Source: a bacterium (GTDB lineage Bacteria; JACRDZ01; JAQUKH01). Taken from it: a stretch of 48,168 nt of DNA. Location: positions 1 through 48,168 of the forward strand of contig JAQUKH010000021.1 in NCBI GenBank assembly GCA_028719205.1, written 5' to 3'. Of this stretch, positions 26,604 through 36,367 are shown one piece after another; the stretch's first letter is position 1; each line of letters opens with the position of its first letter. The notes under the pieces were generated by a model that was not told the DNA's origin, searched no databases, and saw nothing but the letters and a program-made list of their open reading frames with translations. The translations under genes and the position numbers were made by a program.

Positions 26604-27377
26604 GTGAAGCTTATGGAACATGCTGAGCATAAAAGTTCTGTTGAACCAAGAATATTTGAGAGGCTAAGTACACACCAAATAATTCAGCATCTCATTCTAG
26701 TTATTGCTTTTACCTTGCTTGTCGCAACCGGTATGCCTCAAAAATTTCCGCACATGCCGTATGCCAAACCTTTGTTTAAACTTCTTGGGGGGCCGGAAAT
26801 TGCTCCTGTAATTCATAGGATATGCGGAATACTATCCTGGATACTTTTAATTTACCATTCTATTTATTTGATCAGCCGATGGATAATTGAAGGCTGGAAC
26901 CCGTTTAATAATTTTTTCTCGAGATTAAAAACAGGGGACCTGGCACTAATTCCATCCGCTAAAGATGGAAAAGATATCGTTGATAAAATTAAATATTATC
27001 TTGGGATAAACAAAGAACCGCCGGCATTGAAAAAATGGGCCTATCCTGAAAAATTTGATTATCTTGCCGTATATTGGGGTATGGTTATGATCGGGCTTAC
27101 TGGCCTTAGTTTGTTTTTAAGAGAGTTCGTCATGTCTTTTATGCCTTGGTGGTGGATGACTGCCGCCCTTATTGTTCATAGTGATGAGGCGTTTTTGGCA
27201 ACTGTTTTTATATTTACATTCCATTTTTACAATGTTCATTTTATTCCTGAAAATTTCCCGATGATCAAATCGTGGATTACCGGGAAAATGACTGAAGAAG
27301 AGGTAATTCATGAACATAAAATGTGGTATGATGAAATGATGGCAAAAGAAAAAGGGGAAGAGGGGGGTAAAAAATAA
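26604..27377 (+). CDS. di-heme cytochrome b (FdnI/HydC/CbcL-type) membrane subunit
   Basis: Four TM helices with His ligands 'IQH', 'IHR', 'VHSDEAFLA' and 'FHFYNVH'; also 'EKFDYLAVYWG'. Confidence 0.9.
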   Translation: MKLMEHAEHKSSVEPRIFERLSTHQIIQHLILVIAFTLLVATGMPQKFPHMPYAKPLFKLLGGPEIAPVIHRICGILSWILLIYHSIYLISRWIIEGWNPFNNFFSRLKTGDLALIPSAKDGKDIVDKIKYYLGINKEPPALKKWAYPEKFDYLAVYWGMVMIGLTGLSLFLREFVMSFMPWWWMTAALIVHSDEAFLATVFIFTFHFYNVHFIPENFPMIKSWITGKMTEEEVIHEHKMWYDEMMAKEKGEEGGKK

Positions 27378-28189
27378 TGCTAAAACGTAATTTAATAATA
27401 AGTGCGGCTGTGGCTATGGTTTCTGTCGTAGCATTAGCCTTTGTTGCGCCTGTTAAATCCGGAGAAGAGCACAACCCGTTAACCGATAGGATTGTAGTTA
27501 ATGAAAAGGAATCGAGAGTATTTCATTTTCACAATAAAAATGAGGGTGATGCTGCGTCTTTTGATGATCAAAATCCTCTCATTTGTATCATTTGCCATGG
27601 CAAAATGCCGCATGCTAAAAATAAAATCACAAGGGCAATGCTTAATTTTCACGCCCCATTCATAGACTGCAATACCTGTCATGTAAAGGATGTAAAAGGA
27701 GGTATTAGCGGCTATAGATGGTTTGATGGAACCTCATTCAGCATAGCTAAGTTAAAAAAGGGGACAAGAAAAGTTGACCCATTAATAAGGATAAAACCCT
27801 ATGTCAACCAGCTTATCTCTGCCTTTGATGAAGAAATCACAGGAAGGGACAATGTCCCTTTAATTACACCATACGTTATAGAGAATGGCCGTTTTAAAAT
27901 GATAACTATGCGGATGGATAATGCAAAATTCGCAAAAGCGCTTGCCATGAGAGACAGGTTGCCATCTGATATACAGGGCCAGATGAAAGGACAAATACAT
28001 CAAGCGGTTTCAAACCCCGGATTAGATTGTACGGATTGTCACCGTGTCAAAAGTGTATTGCCGTTTAAGGCCCTTGGATATTCCGAAGAGCGCACGGATC
28101 AAATAGTCGGAACCGAGGCTGCGGGAATTATCGGACGATATGGCAGATTTTTTATGCCTGTCCTCTTTGGAACTAAAAAAGGCAGTTAA
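27377..28189 (+). CDS. exported/anchored triheme cytochrome c
   Basis: N-terminal hydrophobic segment; CIICH, CNTCH and CTDCH. It is translationally coupled to the cytochrome b. Confidence 0.85.
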   Translation: MLKRNLIISAAVAMVSVVALAFVAPVKSGEEHNPLTDRIVVNEKESRVFHFHNKNEGDAASFDDQNPLICIICHGKMPHAKNKITRAMLNFHAPFIDCNTCHVKDVKGGISGYRWFDGTSFSIAKLKKGTRKVDPLIRIKPYVNQLISAFDEEITGRDNVPLITPYVIENGRFKMITMRMDNAKFAKALAMRDRLPSDIQGQMKGQIHQAVSNPGLDCTDCHRVKSVLPFKALGYSEERTDQIVGTEAAGIIGRYGRFFMPVLFGTKKGS

Positions 28190-28224
28190 AAGCTAATTAT
28201 TATTTTTTATATTTAATAACTTTC

Positions 28225-28263
28225 ATAGGGGGGCGGAGGAATATTCTTAGCCCCCTTATTTTT
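28225..28263 (+). terminator. hairpin with T-run between the triheme and NHL genes
   Basis: ATAGGGGGGC...GCCCCCTTAT followed by TTTT. Confidence 0.45.
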
Positions 28264-28267
28264 CAGT

Positions 28268-29200
28268 ATGATTATATTTAATAAAAAATTTATATTTATT
28301 TTTTTTATAACTCTTCTTTTCAAGAATTACTGCGCATTCGGAGAAGAAATTCCGGTAAAAGCCACTCTTCTTTTCGAAATAAAAGGTCCTGCAGCTTCAC
28401 CTTTAAACCAGCCAAGTGATATAGCTATTGGGCCAAACGGCAACTTATATATACTGGATGGGGTAAATAACAGGGTGGTCGTAACTACCAAAAAAGGCGA
28501 ATTCATTAAAGAATTTGGTAAAAAAGGCGACCAATCAGGTGAATTATTATATCCTTTGGGTATTACCACTGATACTGATGGAAAAGTATATATAGCCGAT
28601 TCAGGAAATCATAGAATTACAATATTTGACGCTGATGGAAATTTCCAAAATCAATTTGCTATAAAACCTGGTGAAGAAAAAGTTCCGGCGGATCCGACTG
28701 ACATTATTGTTGTTAAAGATAAATGTTTTATTGTAGATAATGATAACCATAGAGTTGTAGTGTATAACAAAAAAGGTGATTTTATAAGAGAGTGGGGCAA
28801 CAATGGCAGAAGAAAAGGGGAATTCAGATTTCCTTTTATGCTGGCAAGCGACAGTAAAGGTGAAATTTATATAGTTGATGTTATTAACGCTCGAGTACAG
28901 GCATTTGATCAGGATGGAAATTATTTGCGGCAAATAGGCCTTTGGGGAATAAAAAAAGGAACTTTTTATCGCCCGAAAGGCATTACTATAGATAAACAAG
29001 ATAGAATATTTGTAAGTGATAGTTTCCTTGGGGTCATTCAGGTATTCAATAGGGATGGCGAACTCATTTCTTTAATCAACAATGAATTGAATAATCGTAG
29101 AACTTTTATTACACCTGTTGGAATTTTAGTCGATGACGCTAACCATCTCTATGTGGTTGAAATGATCGCCAACCTGATTGAAGTCTTTAATCTACAATAA
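28268..29200 (+). CDS. exported NHL-repeat six-bladed beta-propeller protein
   Basis: Repeats 'PSDIAI..GNLYILDGVNNRV', 'PLGITTD..GKVYIADSGNHRI' and 'PKGITID..RIFVSD'. Signal peptide present. Confidence 0.9.
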   Translation: MIIFNKKFIFIFFITLLFKNYCAFGEEIPVKATLLFEIKGPAASPLNQPSDIAIGPNGNLYILDGVNNRVVVTTKKGEFIKEFGKKGDQSGELLYPLGITTDTDGKVYIADSGNHRITIFDADGNFQNQFAIKPGEEKVPADPTDIIVVKDKCFIVDNDNHRVVVYNKKGDFIREWGNNGRRKGEFRFPFMLASDSKGEIYIVDVINARVQAFDQDGNYLRQIGLWGIKKGTFYRPKGITIDKQDRIFVSDSFLGVIQVFNRDGELISLINNELNNRRTFITPVGILVDDANHLYVVEMIANLIEVFNLQ

Positions 29201-29214
29201 TTATTATTAAATTA

Positions 29215-32200
29215 ATGAAACGTCTTTTCTTCTTTTCTCAGATAATATTTTGTTTGTTTTTTATCCAAAGATACGCATTGGCTAGAAGTGTTATGCCCGG
29301 AAGCTCCAAGCAGGAATGCGCTGTCTGCCATTATGAATGGCATCCTGATCACTCAATAAAAGATAATCCTGACCGCATACCGCGCTATATCGGACATAAA
29401 CGCTATGTAACAGATGAATGGATATGTTACAGCTGTCATGACGGTTCAATGGTTGATTCCCGCGCCAAAGTCTGGAAAAAAAAGATAACCCATCCGACAA
29501 AGATAGTTCCCTCTAAAAAAGTAAATATTTCAGAAAAATATCCTTTATACTTTATGAATAATTTCGCTTATAAAGATGATTCTGACAAATTTTATGGTGA
29601 ATTAGACTGTGGAAGCTGTCATACAGCACACGCGGTAGGTTCTCAGGATGGTTCGGTGCCGGAAAGGGCTACTTATCTCAGGGAAGCAAACGAGAACTCA
29701 GAGATGTGCATGGATTGCCATAAAGATAAGTCTAATGGAACAAAAGAAGGAATGCATCCTATAAATGTTGAGTCAATCGTTTTTCCAAAAGAATTAAAAG
29801 AATCCGGGGCATATAGCGGAGATAAAGCTAATAAGGTAATTTGTGAAAGCTGCCATAAAATCCATTCCGCGGAAGCAGACAATCTTTTATTGCTTCCGGT
29901 AAAGGGCCCGGATGTTAAATCCTCGGAGCTTTGTGAAGCCTGCCATACAAATAATCCAAGCAAGAAAGAAGGTCCCGGGCATGATACCCATCCGGTAGAT
30001 GTTCCTCAAACAAAAGCATCAATCCCTTATCGATGGCATTCAGGAAAACCGTCTAACACAGGTAAAAATAATAGCTTAATTTGTGTTTCCTGCCATTCAC
30101 CGCATTACGCGGCAAAAGAAACACATCTTTTAGCTGATAACAACAAAAAATCTTCTTTTTGTGAAATATGCCATATCGACAAGCTTAACAAAGGCACAGG
30201 TGAAAAAAATACGGGGACTCACCCGGTAGATGTTCAATTGACCGGTGAAATGCACCCTATGGGTTTGCAATTCGGGCCTGACAGCACAGTCATCTGCGAA
30301 AGCTGCCACAAGGTCCACAATGCCGCGGACAATGCGGCAAATGATGGAACGGACGGTAAAATTATGGCTGTTTCTAATAAAAATTCCGCTTTGTGCCTTG
30401 AATGCCATGAAACAAAATATGCTAATGGGATACAAGATGGCGAACAAAAAGGAACACATCCGATTAATGTAATTCCTTCAGAAGCAGTTATTTCCCCATC
30501 CCTATTGGGGCTAGGCGCAAGAAAGGGCGTAGACGAAAAGTTAGTCTGCGAAAGCTGCCATAAGATCCATGATTCCGCGCCAAAAACAAAAAACCTCCTG
30601 GCGGATAATAAATTCTCCGGATTATGCAACACCTGCCATCAAAACAAAATAATCCGCGGGATCCGTGATTCTATAGCTTCAATAAAACATCCCGTAAACA
30701 TCATTTCTGATAAGGTAAAAATCGCCGAGGATATTATAAAAGCAGGCGGCAATTTTGGCCCAAACAAGGAGATGATATGCACTACATGCCATCTTCCCCA
30801 TAAGGGTGTTAAAAATACCCCGCTTTTAGTCGCGGTCAATAATCAGTCTTCTATTTGCCTGGACTGTCATAAAGATAAAAAGTCCGTAATTTATTCCGAC
30901 CATAACCTGGCAATTACAGCCCCTGATGAACCAAACATCAGAAATCAAACAGCCGCGCAATCAGGAGTTTGCGCGCCATGCCATTTCTCTCACGGATGGG
31001 CTAAAAAACTTTCGGGTGAAGGCGATTTCGTTACACAGCTTTGCGTAAGTTGTCATAATAAAGATGGTTCCGCGAAGAATAAACCAATTGATAAATATTC
31101 TCATCCGACAGATAAGTCAATAAAAAAAGCTGATGGCACATCTTCTATGCCATTATTTGACGAAATGGGTAAACAAAAACCGGAGGGGAATGTCCTCTGC
31201 ACAAGCTGCCATGACCCGCATGTATGGGATCCAAAGAAGCTGGATACAACTTTTAACAAAAACAGGGAAGGTGATTTTACTAATAGTTTCCTGCGTAAAC
31301 CAAACAATGCCAAATCTGAATTTTGTAAAGATTGCCATGAGGATAAATTCTTTGTTGAAAATACTGAACATGACATGTCGGTAACTGCGCCTAACGCAAA
31401 AAATATCGAAGGGAAAACGAGTTCTGAAGGAGGAATTTGCAGCGCCTGCCATTTGGTGCATAATGGAAAAGAGCGTAAAATATGGGCCAGAGAGGTTTCG
31501 CAGATCGGAAAAGATACTTCCGCCAATCTTTGTTTCAGCTGTCATTCTGAAAAAAATCCAGGCGAGGCTAAAAAAATTGTAACCTTTACGCATCCAACCT
31601 CAGTATCCATTCTAGGCGCGGACGGAAATTCTACGTTGCCGTTATTTAATAATAAGGGTGAACTTTTAGAAAATGGCAGTGTTTATTGTAATACATGCCA
31701 TGATCCGCATACATGGGATCCGTCTAAAAAGAAAGTATCCTCCCGTAAAAATACAGAAGGGAATCAGACTAATAGTTTTTTAAGGATATCCAACTTTCCG
31801 TCACCTGATTTGTGTAAAGATTGTCATGGAAAGAAAGTTTTAGTTGAAGGAACAGATCATGACCTTGCGAATACCGCGCCTAAAGTCAAAAACTTTGAAG
31901 ATAATACCCGGAAAACAGGCGGACTCTGCAGTCCATGCCATGTAGTCCATAATGGATTAGGGCCAAGAATGTGGTCAAGGGAAATAAGTGGTGACGCTGA
32001 CTTTTCCTCAAAATTCTGTTTTTCCTGCCATGCGGACGGCAAATGCGCGGAAAAGAAGCAACTTGGTAAATTTTCACACCCGGTCGATGTCTCCATTTCA
32101 AAGGCTGGAGGGATAACAACTCTGCCTACGTTCAATAAAGAAGCACAAAAACAGGAAGGCGGCAATGTCTACTGCTATTCCTGTCATGATCCGCATATCT

Positions 32201-33378
32201 GGGATCCTAAAAAGAATACAAAGGGTGAGGCTAAAGAAAATATAGAAGGAACGGCTTTAAACAGTTTCCTGAGGCTTCCTTCCGACCCGGAGGCAACTCT
32301 TTGCAGGGACTGCCATGGCGCTCAAGGCCTTATTGTAGAAACAGATCATGATCTGAAAGTTTCCGCGCCGAAAGAAAAAAATATGCTGGGTCAAACTGTT
32401 TTTGAATCCGGACCTTGCGGGGCTTGCCATGTACCTCATAATGCTGTTGCGGAAAAATTATGGGCGAAACAAAAAGGTAAAGGAACCGATAGCATCTCTC
32501 CTTTGTGTGAAAGTTGCCATGGTAAAAACGGATGCGGAAATACTAAACAAATCGGTGAAACGCATCCTGTAGGCGTAGATTTCAGCCGGCTTGGATTTAA
32601 AGGAGAACCCCCGTTTCCGATATTTACCTTGCAAGGCGCTAAAGATATGGAAACCGGTAAAGTGCTTTGTTCTACCTGCCACAATCTTCATCAATGGGAC
32701 CCTGACAAAAAAGAACATGGCCCCGGTATAAAAGTTGAAGGAGATATTACAAACAGTTTTTTACGAAAAAACAATAAAAATTCTGATATGTGTACGGGCT
32801 GTCATTTAAATAAAAAATATGTTGTTCGTACGGAACATGATATGAGAATAACAGCGCCTTCTGAAAAAAATGTAATCAACCAGACGGCTGAAGAGGGCGG
32901 CCCATGCAGCGCATGTCATATTCCCCATAACGCGTTCGGTAAATTGTTAATATGGGCTAAATTGCCGCAGGCAAGCCTGGAAACACCTTCTATGCTGTGC
33001 AAAAGCTGTCACGCGCCAAAACAGTGCGCGGAAAACAAAGTTCCTGTTGTTGATATGCACCCTGCCGATATTGTAGTTACAAATATCGGCAGACGGAATG
33101 ACCGTGAACCCGGCTCACTTCCGATGTTTAATAAAGATGACGGCCTTAGGGCAAAACACGGAATTGTGTCCTGCGGATCGTGCCACAACCCGCATCAATG
33201 GGAGGCAGGAAACCCAAATAACGCGCCGGGAGAAAATACCGAAGGAACAGCGTCTAACAGCTTTTTGCGCCAGAAAGATTTTACCATATGCGCGGACTGC
33301 CACCGTTTTGACGCACTTTTCCGTTATAAATATTATCACATCCCAAGGATACGGGAAATTGGAAGGGGATTAGAATAG
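29215..33378 (+). CDS. giant exported 34-heme cytochrome c: six diheme repeats plus five tandem tetraheme modules
   Basis: Signal peptide (…ALA) and 34 CxxCH motifs counted. The repeating unit is HD(L/M)...CxxCHxxH...W...CxxCH...HP...CxxCHxxHxW...EG...NSFLR...CxxCH. Confidence 0.92.
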   Translation: MKRLFFFSQIIFCLFFIQRYALARSVMPGSSKQECAVCHYEWHPDHSIKDNPDRIPRYIGHKRYVTDEWICYSCHDGSMVDSRAKVWKKKITHPTKIVPSKKVNISEKYPLYFMNNFAYKDDSDKFYGELDCGSCHTAHAVGSQDGSVPERATYLREANENSEMCMDCHKDKSNGTKEGMHPINVESIVFPKELKESGAYSGDKANKVICESCHKIHSAEADNLLLLPVKGPDVKSSELCEACHTNNPSKKEGPGHDTHPVDVPQTKASIPYRWHSGKPSNTGKNNSLICVSCHSPHYAAKETHLLADNNKKSSFCEICHIDKLNKGTGEKNTGTHPVDVQLTGEMHPMGLQFGPDSTVICESCHKVHNAADNAANDGTDGKIMAVSNKNSALCLECHETKYANGIQDGEQKGTHPINVIPSEAVISPSLLGLGARKGVDEKLVCESCHKIHDSAPKTKNLLADNKFSGLCNTCHQNKIIRGIRDSIASIKHPVNIISDKVKIAEDIIKAGGNFGPNKEMICTTCHLPHKGVKNTPLLVAVNNQSSICLDCHKDKKSVIYSDHNLAITAPDEPNIRNQTAAQSGVCAPCHFSHGWAKKLSGEGDFVTQLCVSCHNKDGSAKNKPIDKYSHPTDKSIKKADGTSSMPLFDEMGKQKPEGNVLCTSCHDPHVWDPKKLDTTFNKNREGDFTNSFLRKPNNAKSEFCKDCHEDKFFVENTEHDMSVTAPNAKNIEGKTSSEGGICSACHLVHNGKERKIWAREVSQIGKDTSANLCFSCHSEKNPGEAKKIVTFTHPTSVSILGADGNSTLPLFNNKGELLENGSVYCNTCHDPHTWDPSKKKVSSRKNTEGNQTNSFLRISNFPSPDLCKDCHGKKVLVEGTDHDLANTAPKVKNFEDNTRKTGGLCSPCHVVHNGLGPRMWSREISGDADFSSKFCFSCHADGKCAEKKQLGKFSHPVDVSISKAGGITTLPTFNKEAQKQEGGNVYCYSCHDPHIWDPKKNTKGEAKENIEGTALNSFLRLPSDPEATLCRDCHGAQGLIVETDHDLKVSAPKEKNMLGQTVFESGPCGACHVPHNAVAEKLWAKQKGKGTDSISPLCESCHGKNGCGNTKQIGETHPVGVDFSRLGFKGEPPFPIFTLQGAKDMETGKVLCSTCHNLHQWDPDKKEHGPGIKVEGDITNSFLRKNNKNSDMCTGCHLNKKYVVRTEHDMRITAPSEKNVINQTAEEGGPCSACHIPHNAFGKLLIWAKLPQASLETPSMLCKSCHAPKQCAENKVPVVDMHPADIVVTNIGRRNDREPGSLPMFNKDDGLRAKHGIVSCGSCHNPHQWEAGNPNNAPGENTEGTASNSFLRQKDFTICADCHRFDALFRYKYYHIPRIREIGRGLE

Positions 33379-33389
33379 GAGGTAAATAT

Positions 33390-33551
33390 ATGTTATTAGT
33401 TGGTTTAAAAAATATTATAATACTGCTTATTATTTTAGTTGTCAGTTATATTATTTTTCTATTTCTTCCAGCTTCTTTGACTGATTTAAAAATAGATAAA
33501 AAAACAGAAAAAAAGTTAGAAGAAGAGTTAAAAGAAAATTTAAAAGAATAA
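33390..33551 (+). CDS. small single-TM protein with charged tail (53 aa; not in ORF track)
   Basis: AGGAGG RBS overlaps the giant cytochrome stop. Sequence: MLLVGLKNIIILLIILVVSYIIFLFLPASLTDLKIDKKTEKKLEEELKENLKE. Confidence 0.7.
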   Translation: MLLVGLKNIIILLIILVVSYIIFLFLPASLTDLKIDKKTEKKLEEELKENLKE

Positions 33552-33556
33552 AATTA

Positions 33557-34087
33557 TCACTCTATCTCAAGACATTTCTTACATTCCGCTTCAGACATGC
33601 TTTTTTTACAAAGATCAAGTAATTCTTTTATAGGTATCTTTCCTTTTAAACTTTTAAATATTTCGCAATTTACATTAACAGTATTTTTTGATTTGCCAAT
33701 AGAGTCATTATTAAACTGTGTTCCGCACGACCACTCAACAGATTTAATTTTAGCATCTAATATTTTAAGTTTGGCTTCTAATATTTTCAGCTTTTCTTCG
33801 TGATTTTTTCTTAATAATTCACAATCTAAACGTAAACTTTGCCCATTATCCCATGTCGGAGAAGCCACATCCGGATTTTCAAGGCACTTTTTTAATTCAT
33901 CGTTTTTAGATTCTAATTCTTCACGGGCGGATTCCGCCTCTTCAGCGGCTTTAGAAGCGTCACTAACGGCTTTCCCTAACTTATCCAGATCTTCAACACA
34001 ACCACCCAATTCTTCTTCCAGGCAGACAGCGGATGCGGTAATTATAAATAAAATTACAAAGATATTTTGAAGTGTTTTTTTTAACAT
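33557..34087 (-). CDS. hypothetical exported Cys-rich coiled-coil protein
   Basis: Signal peptide, heptad-like helices and scattered Cys. No CxxCH. Confidence 0.65.
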   Translation of the reverse strand: MLKKTLQNIFVILFIITASAVCLEEELGGCVEDLDKLGKAVSDASKAAEEAESAREELESKNDELKKCLENPDVASPTWDNGQSLRLDCELLRKNHEEKLKILEAKLKILDAKIKSVEWSCGTQFNNDSIGKSKNTVNVNCEIFKSLKGKIPIKELLDLCKKSMSEAECKKCLEIE

Positions 34088-34169
34088 ATTTTTTTATTTA
34101 TTTTACTAATTATATTTTTCATTATATAACTAATTTTTAACACGTCAATTACTTTATTTTTTTACGATC

Positions 34170-35264
34170 CTAATCTTTTTTCACCTGTCCCTGCTCCACC
34201 TTAAACCATTCGCCGCTTTTACTTTTAATCTTTGACTTATCAACCTCGGTTATAAATATCTGAATATCTTTTGGTAAGGCATTAAAGATATTCTCGATCC
34301 TTTTGTTGTCTAATTCCGAAAACAACTCATCAAATAAAACTATAGGGTACTCCCCGGATTCCTCAAAAACAAAATATATTTCCGCTAAATTTAACGCCAG
34401 TAAAATACTTTTTATCTGCCCCTGCGAGGCAAAACTTTTAACCTCTTTTCCGTTCATAAAAAAAGAAATTTCATCCCGGTGCGGCCCATACAATGAAAAT
34501 CCTTTTTTAATCTCCTCATTTCTTGTTTTTAAGGTCATTTTCTTCCAGATATCTATTATTTTATTTTTATCAGATAAAACATCGTTTATTATAAATGTTT
34601 TATAAACCATATCTATTTCTTCGTGTGATATTATATTTTTATAAATACTTTTCATTAAGCTGTTTATCTTCTTTACCACCATATCTCTTTTTATTATTAA
34701 TTCAGCGCCATATTCGATCAATTGCTGGTCCCATGAATCCAATATATCCATGTTTTTCGTTCTTTCCTGTAGTATGATATTTTTCTGAATTAAAATTTTA
34801 TTATATTGTTTAAGATTGTGAAAATATTGAGGGTTGATCTGGGATATTTGAAAGTTCAGGTAACTGCGCCTGTGAGAAGGCATACCTTTTATAATATTAT
34901 AATTTTCAGGGGTAAAAATAACGGCTGGAAATCTATTACCAAGATAATCAGGGTTTGTCTGGATCTTATTATTAATTCTTAATCTTTTTCCTTTTCCTTT
35001 TTCTCCAACAACCTCTATTACCTGATTCTTATCTTTTATTATTAATAAACCTTTTATATAAAAAAAATCAGACCTAAAACTGATCATATCCTCATAATAA
35101 TTAGTTTTTAAAGATCTAAATGTTAAAAGTAAATATATTGCCTCAATTAAATTACTTTTCCCTTGGCTATTCTCTCCAATAATAAAACTTAAACCTTTCC
35201 CGAATTCTATATTAACTTTACCTAAATTACGAAAACTGTTTAAAATAATATTTTTTAAATACAT
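34170..35264 (-). CDS. recF: DNA replication and repair protein RecF
   Basis: 'GENSQGKSNLIEAI', 'GPHRDE', 'ASQGQ' and 'LFDELFSELD'. Follows dnaN. Confidence 0.93.
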   Translation of the reverse strand: MYLKNIILNSFRNLGKVNIEFGKGLSFIIGENSQGKSNLIEAIYLLLTFRSLKTNYYEDMISFRSDFFYIKGLLIIKDKNQVIEVVGEKGKGKRLRINNKIQTNPDYLGNRFPAVIFTPENYNIIKGMPSHRRSYLNFQISQINPQYFHNLKQYNKILIQKNIILQERTKNMDILDSWDQQLIEYGAELIIKRDMVVKKINSLMKSIYKNIISHEEIDMVYKTFIINDVLSDKNKIIDIWKKMTLKTRNEEIKKGFSLYGPHRDEISFFMNGKEVKSFASQGQIKSILLALNLAEIYFVFEESGEYPIVLFDELFSELDNKRIENIFNALPKDIQIFITEVDKSKIKSKSGEWFKVEQGQVKKD

Positions 35265-36367
35265 TAAATTCTAATCGGCATTACTATATAAATTGGATTT
35301 TTCTCTGATTTCGGCCTTATTAGTCCGGGATGAAATGGTTTTGTAAACTCAAACATTATCTCCTTCTCATCTATATTCTTATATATATCCAATAAATAAC
35401 GGAAATTATAACCAAACTCTATATCAGGGCCATTATAATCAATATTTAATATTTCCTGCGCTTCCCCCTCCTCCGGATTTTTAATATTAATATTTAATGT
35501 TCCCTTTGTTAACTTATAAACAACAGCCATTGTTTTTGAGCTGGTTAATATAGAAATTCTCTTTGTTGCCTGTAAAATCTTGTCTCGATCAACTAAAAAT
35601 GTATGATCAGTCTTTACAGGAATAACCTTTTTATAATCAGGGAATTGCCCGTCAATAAGCCTGGAAATTAAAATAATATTACCAATAAGAAATATAATCT
35701 GTTTTTCCTCAACAATAACTTTTATATCTTTATCGGCCTCCATAAGCAGCCGGCCTACTTCTTTTATAGATTTATAAGGAATGATCACTTTAAAATCCTT
35801 TACTTTCGCTTCTAATATTTTTTCTTTTATAAAAGCTAATCGATGGCTGTCTGTCGCGACTAAATTTATCTCATTTTTTTCTTTTTCTATTAATATTCCA
35901 TTTAAAACATATCTGGTTTCATCATGGGATACTGAAAAAATAGTATTAGTTATCATATTTTTTAAGATCTTAGCCGGAATTAAAAAATAATTTTCATTTT
36001 CCTTATAAAAAGGGAATTTAGGGAAATCATCAGAAGAAATAGTGTTTATATTGAAAGATATGGAACCGCTTTTAATATTTATTAAATTCTCTCCAATCAG
36101 CTCAATTTCAATTTCGCCATCCGGTAATTCATTAATGATCTCGCTAAATTTCTTAGCTGGAACAGTAATTATTCCTTTTGTTTCTATTTTTGCCGTGAAA
36201 AATGTTTTTATTCCGATTTCCAGATCAGTGCTTGTGAGTAATATCTCATTTTTTTGTGTTTCTAATAAAATATTAGAAAGAATAGGTAAGGTATTTTTAT
36301 TCTCAATAATATATTGCACACATTGTATACTTTTTAAAATATCTTTCTGTAAACATTTAAATTTCAT
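35264..36367 (-). CDS. dnaN: DNA polymerase III beta clamp
   Basis: 'LPILSNILL', 'TDLEI', 'ATDSHRL', 'RLIDGQFPDY' and 'VMPIR'. Confidence 0.96.
   Translation of the reverse strand: MKFKCLQKDILKSIQCVQYIIENKNTLPILSNILLETQKNEILLTSTDLEIGIKTFFTAKIETKGIITVPAKKFSEIINELPDGEIEIELIGENLINIKSGSISFNINTISSDDFPKFPFYKENENYFLIPAKILKNMITNTIFSVSHDETRYVLNGILIEKEKNEINLVATDSHRLAFIKEKILEAKVKDFKVIIPYKSIKEVGRLLMEADKDIKVIVEEKQIIFLIGNIILISRLIDGQFPDYKKVIPVKTDHTFLVDRDKILQATKRISILTSSKTMAVVYKLTKGTLNINIKNPEEGEAQEILNIDYNGPDIEFGYNFRYLLDIYKNIDEKEIMFEFTKPFHPGLIRPKSEKNPIYIVMPIRI

Noticed and set aside
23299-33551. MtrCAB-type porin-cytochrome complex, or a formate dehydrogenase/hydrogenase operon
   Set aside because: No beta-barrel porin and no catalytic or Fe-S subunit is encoded in the window.
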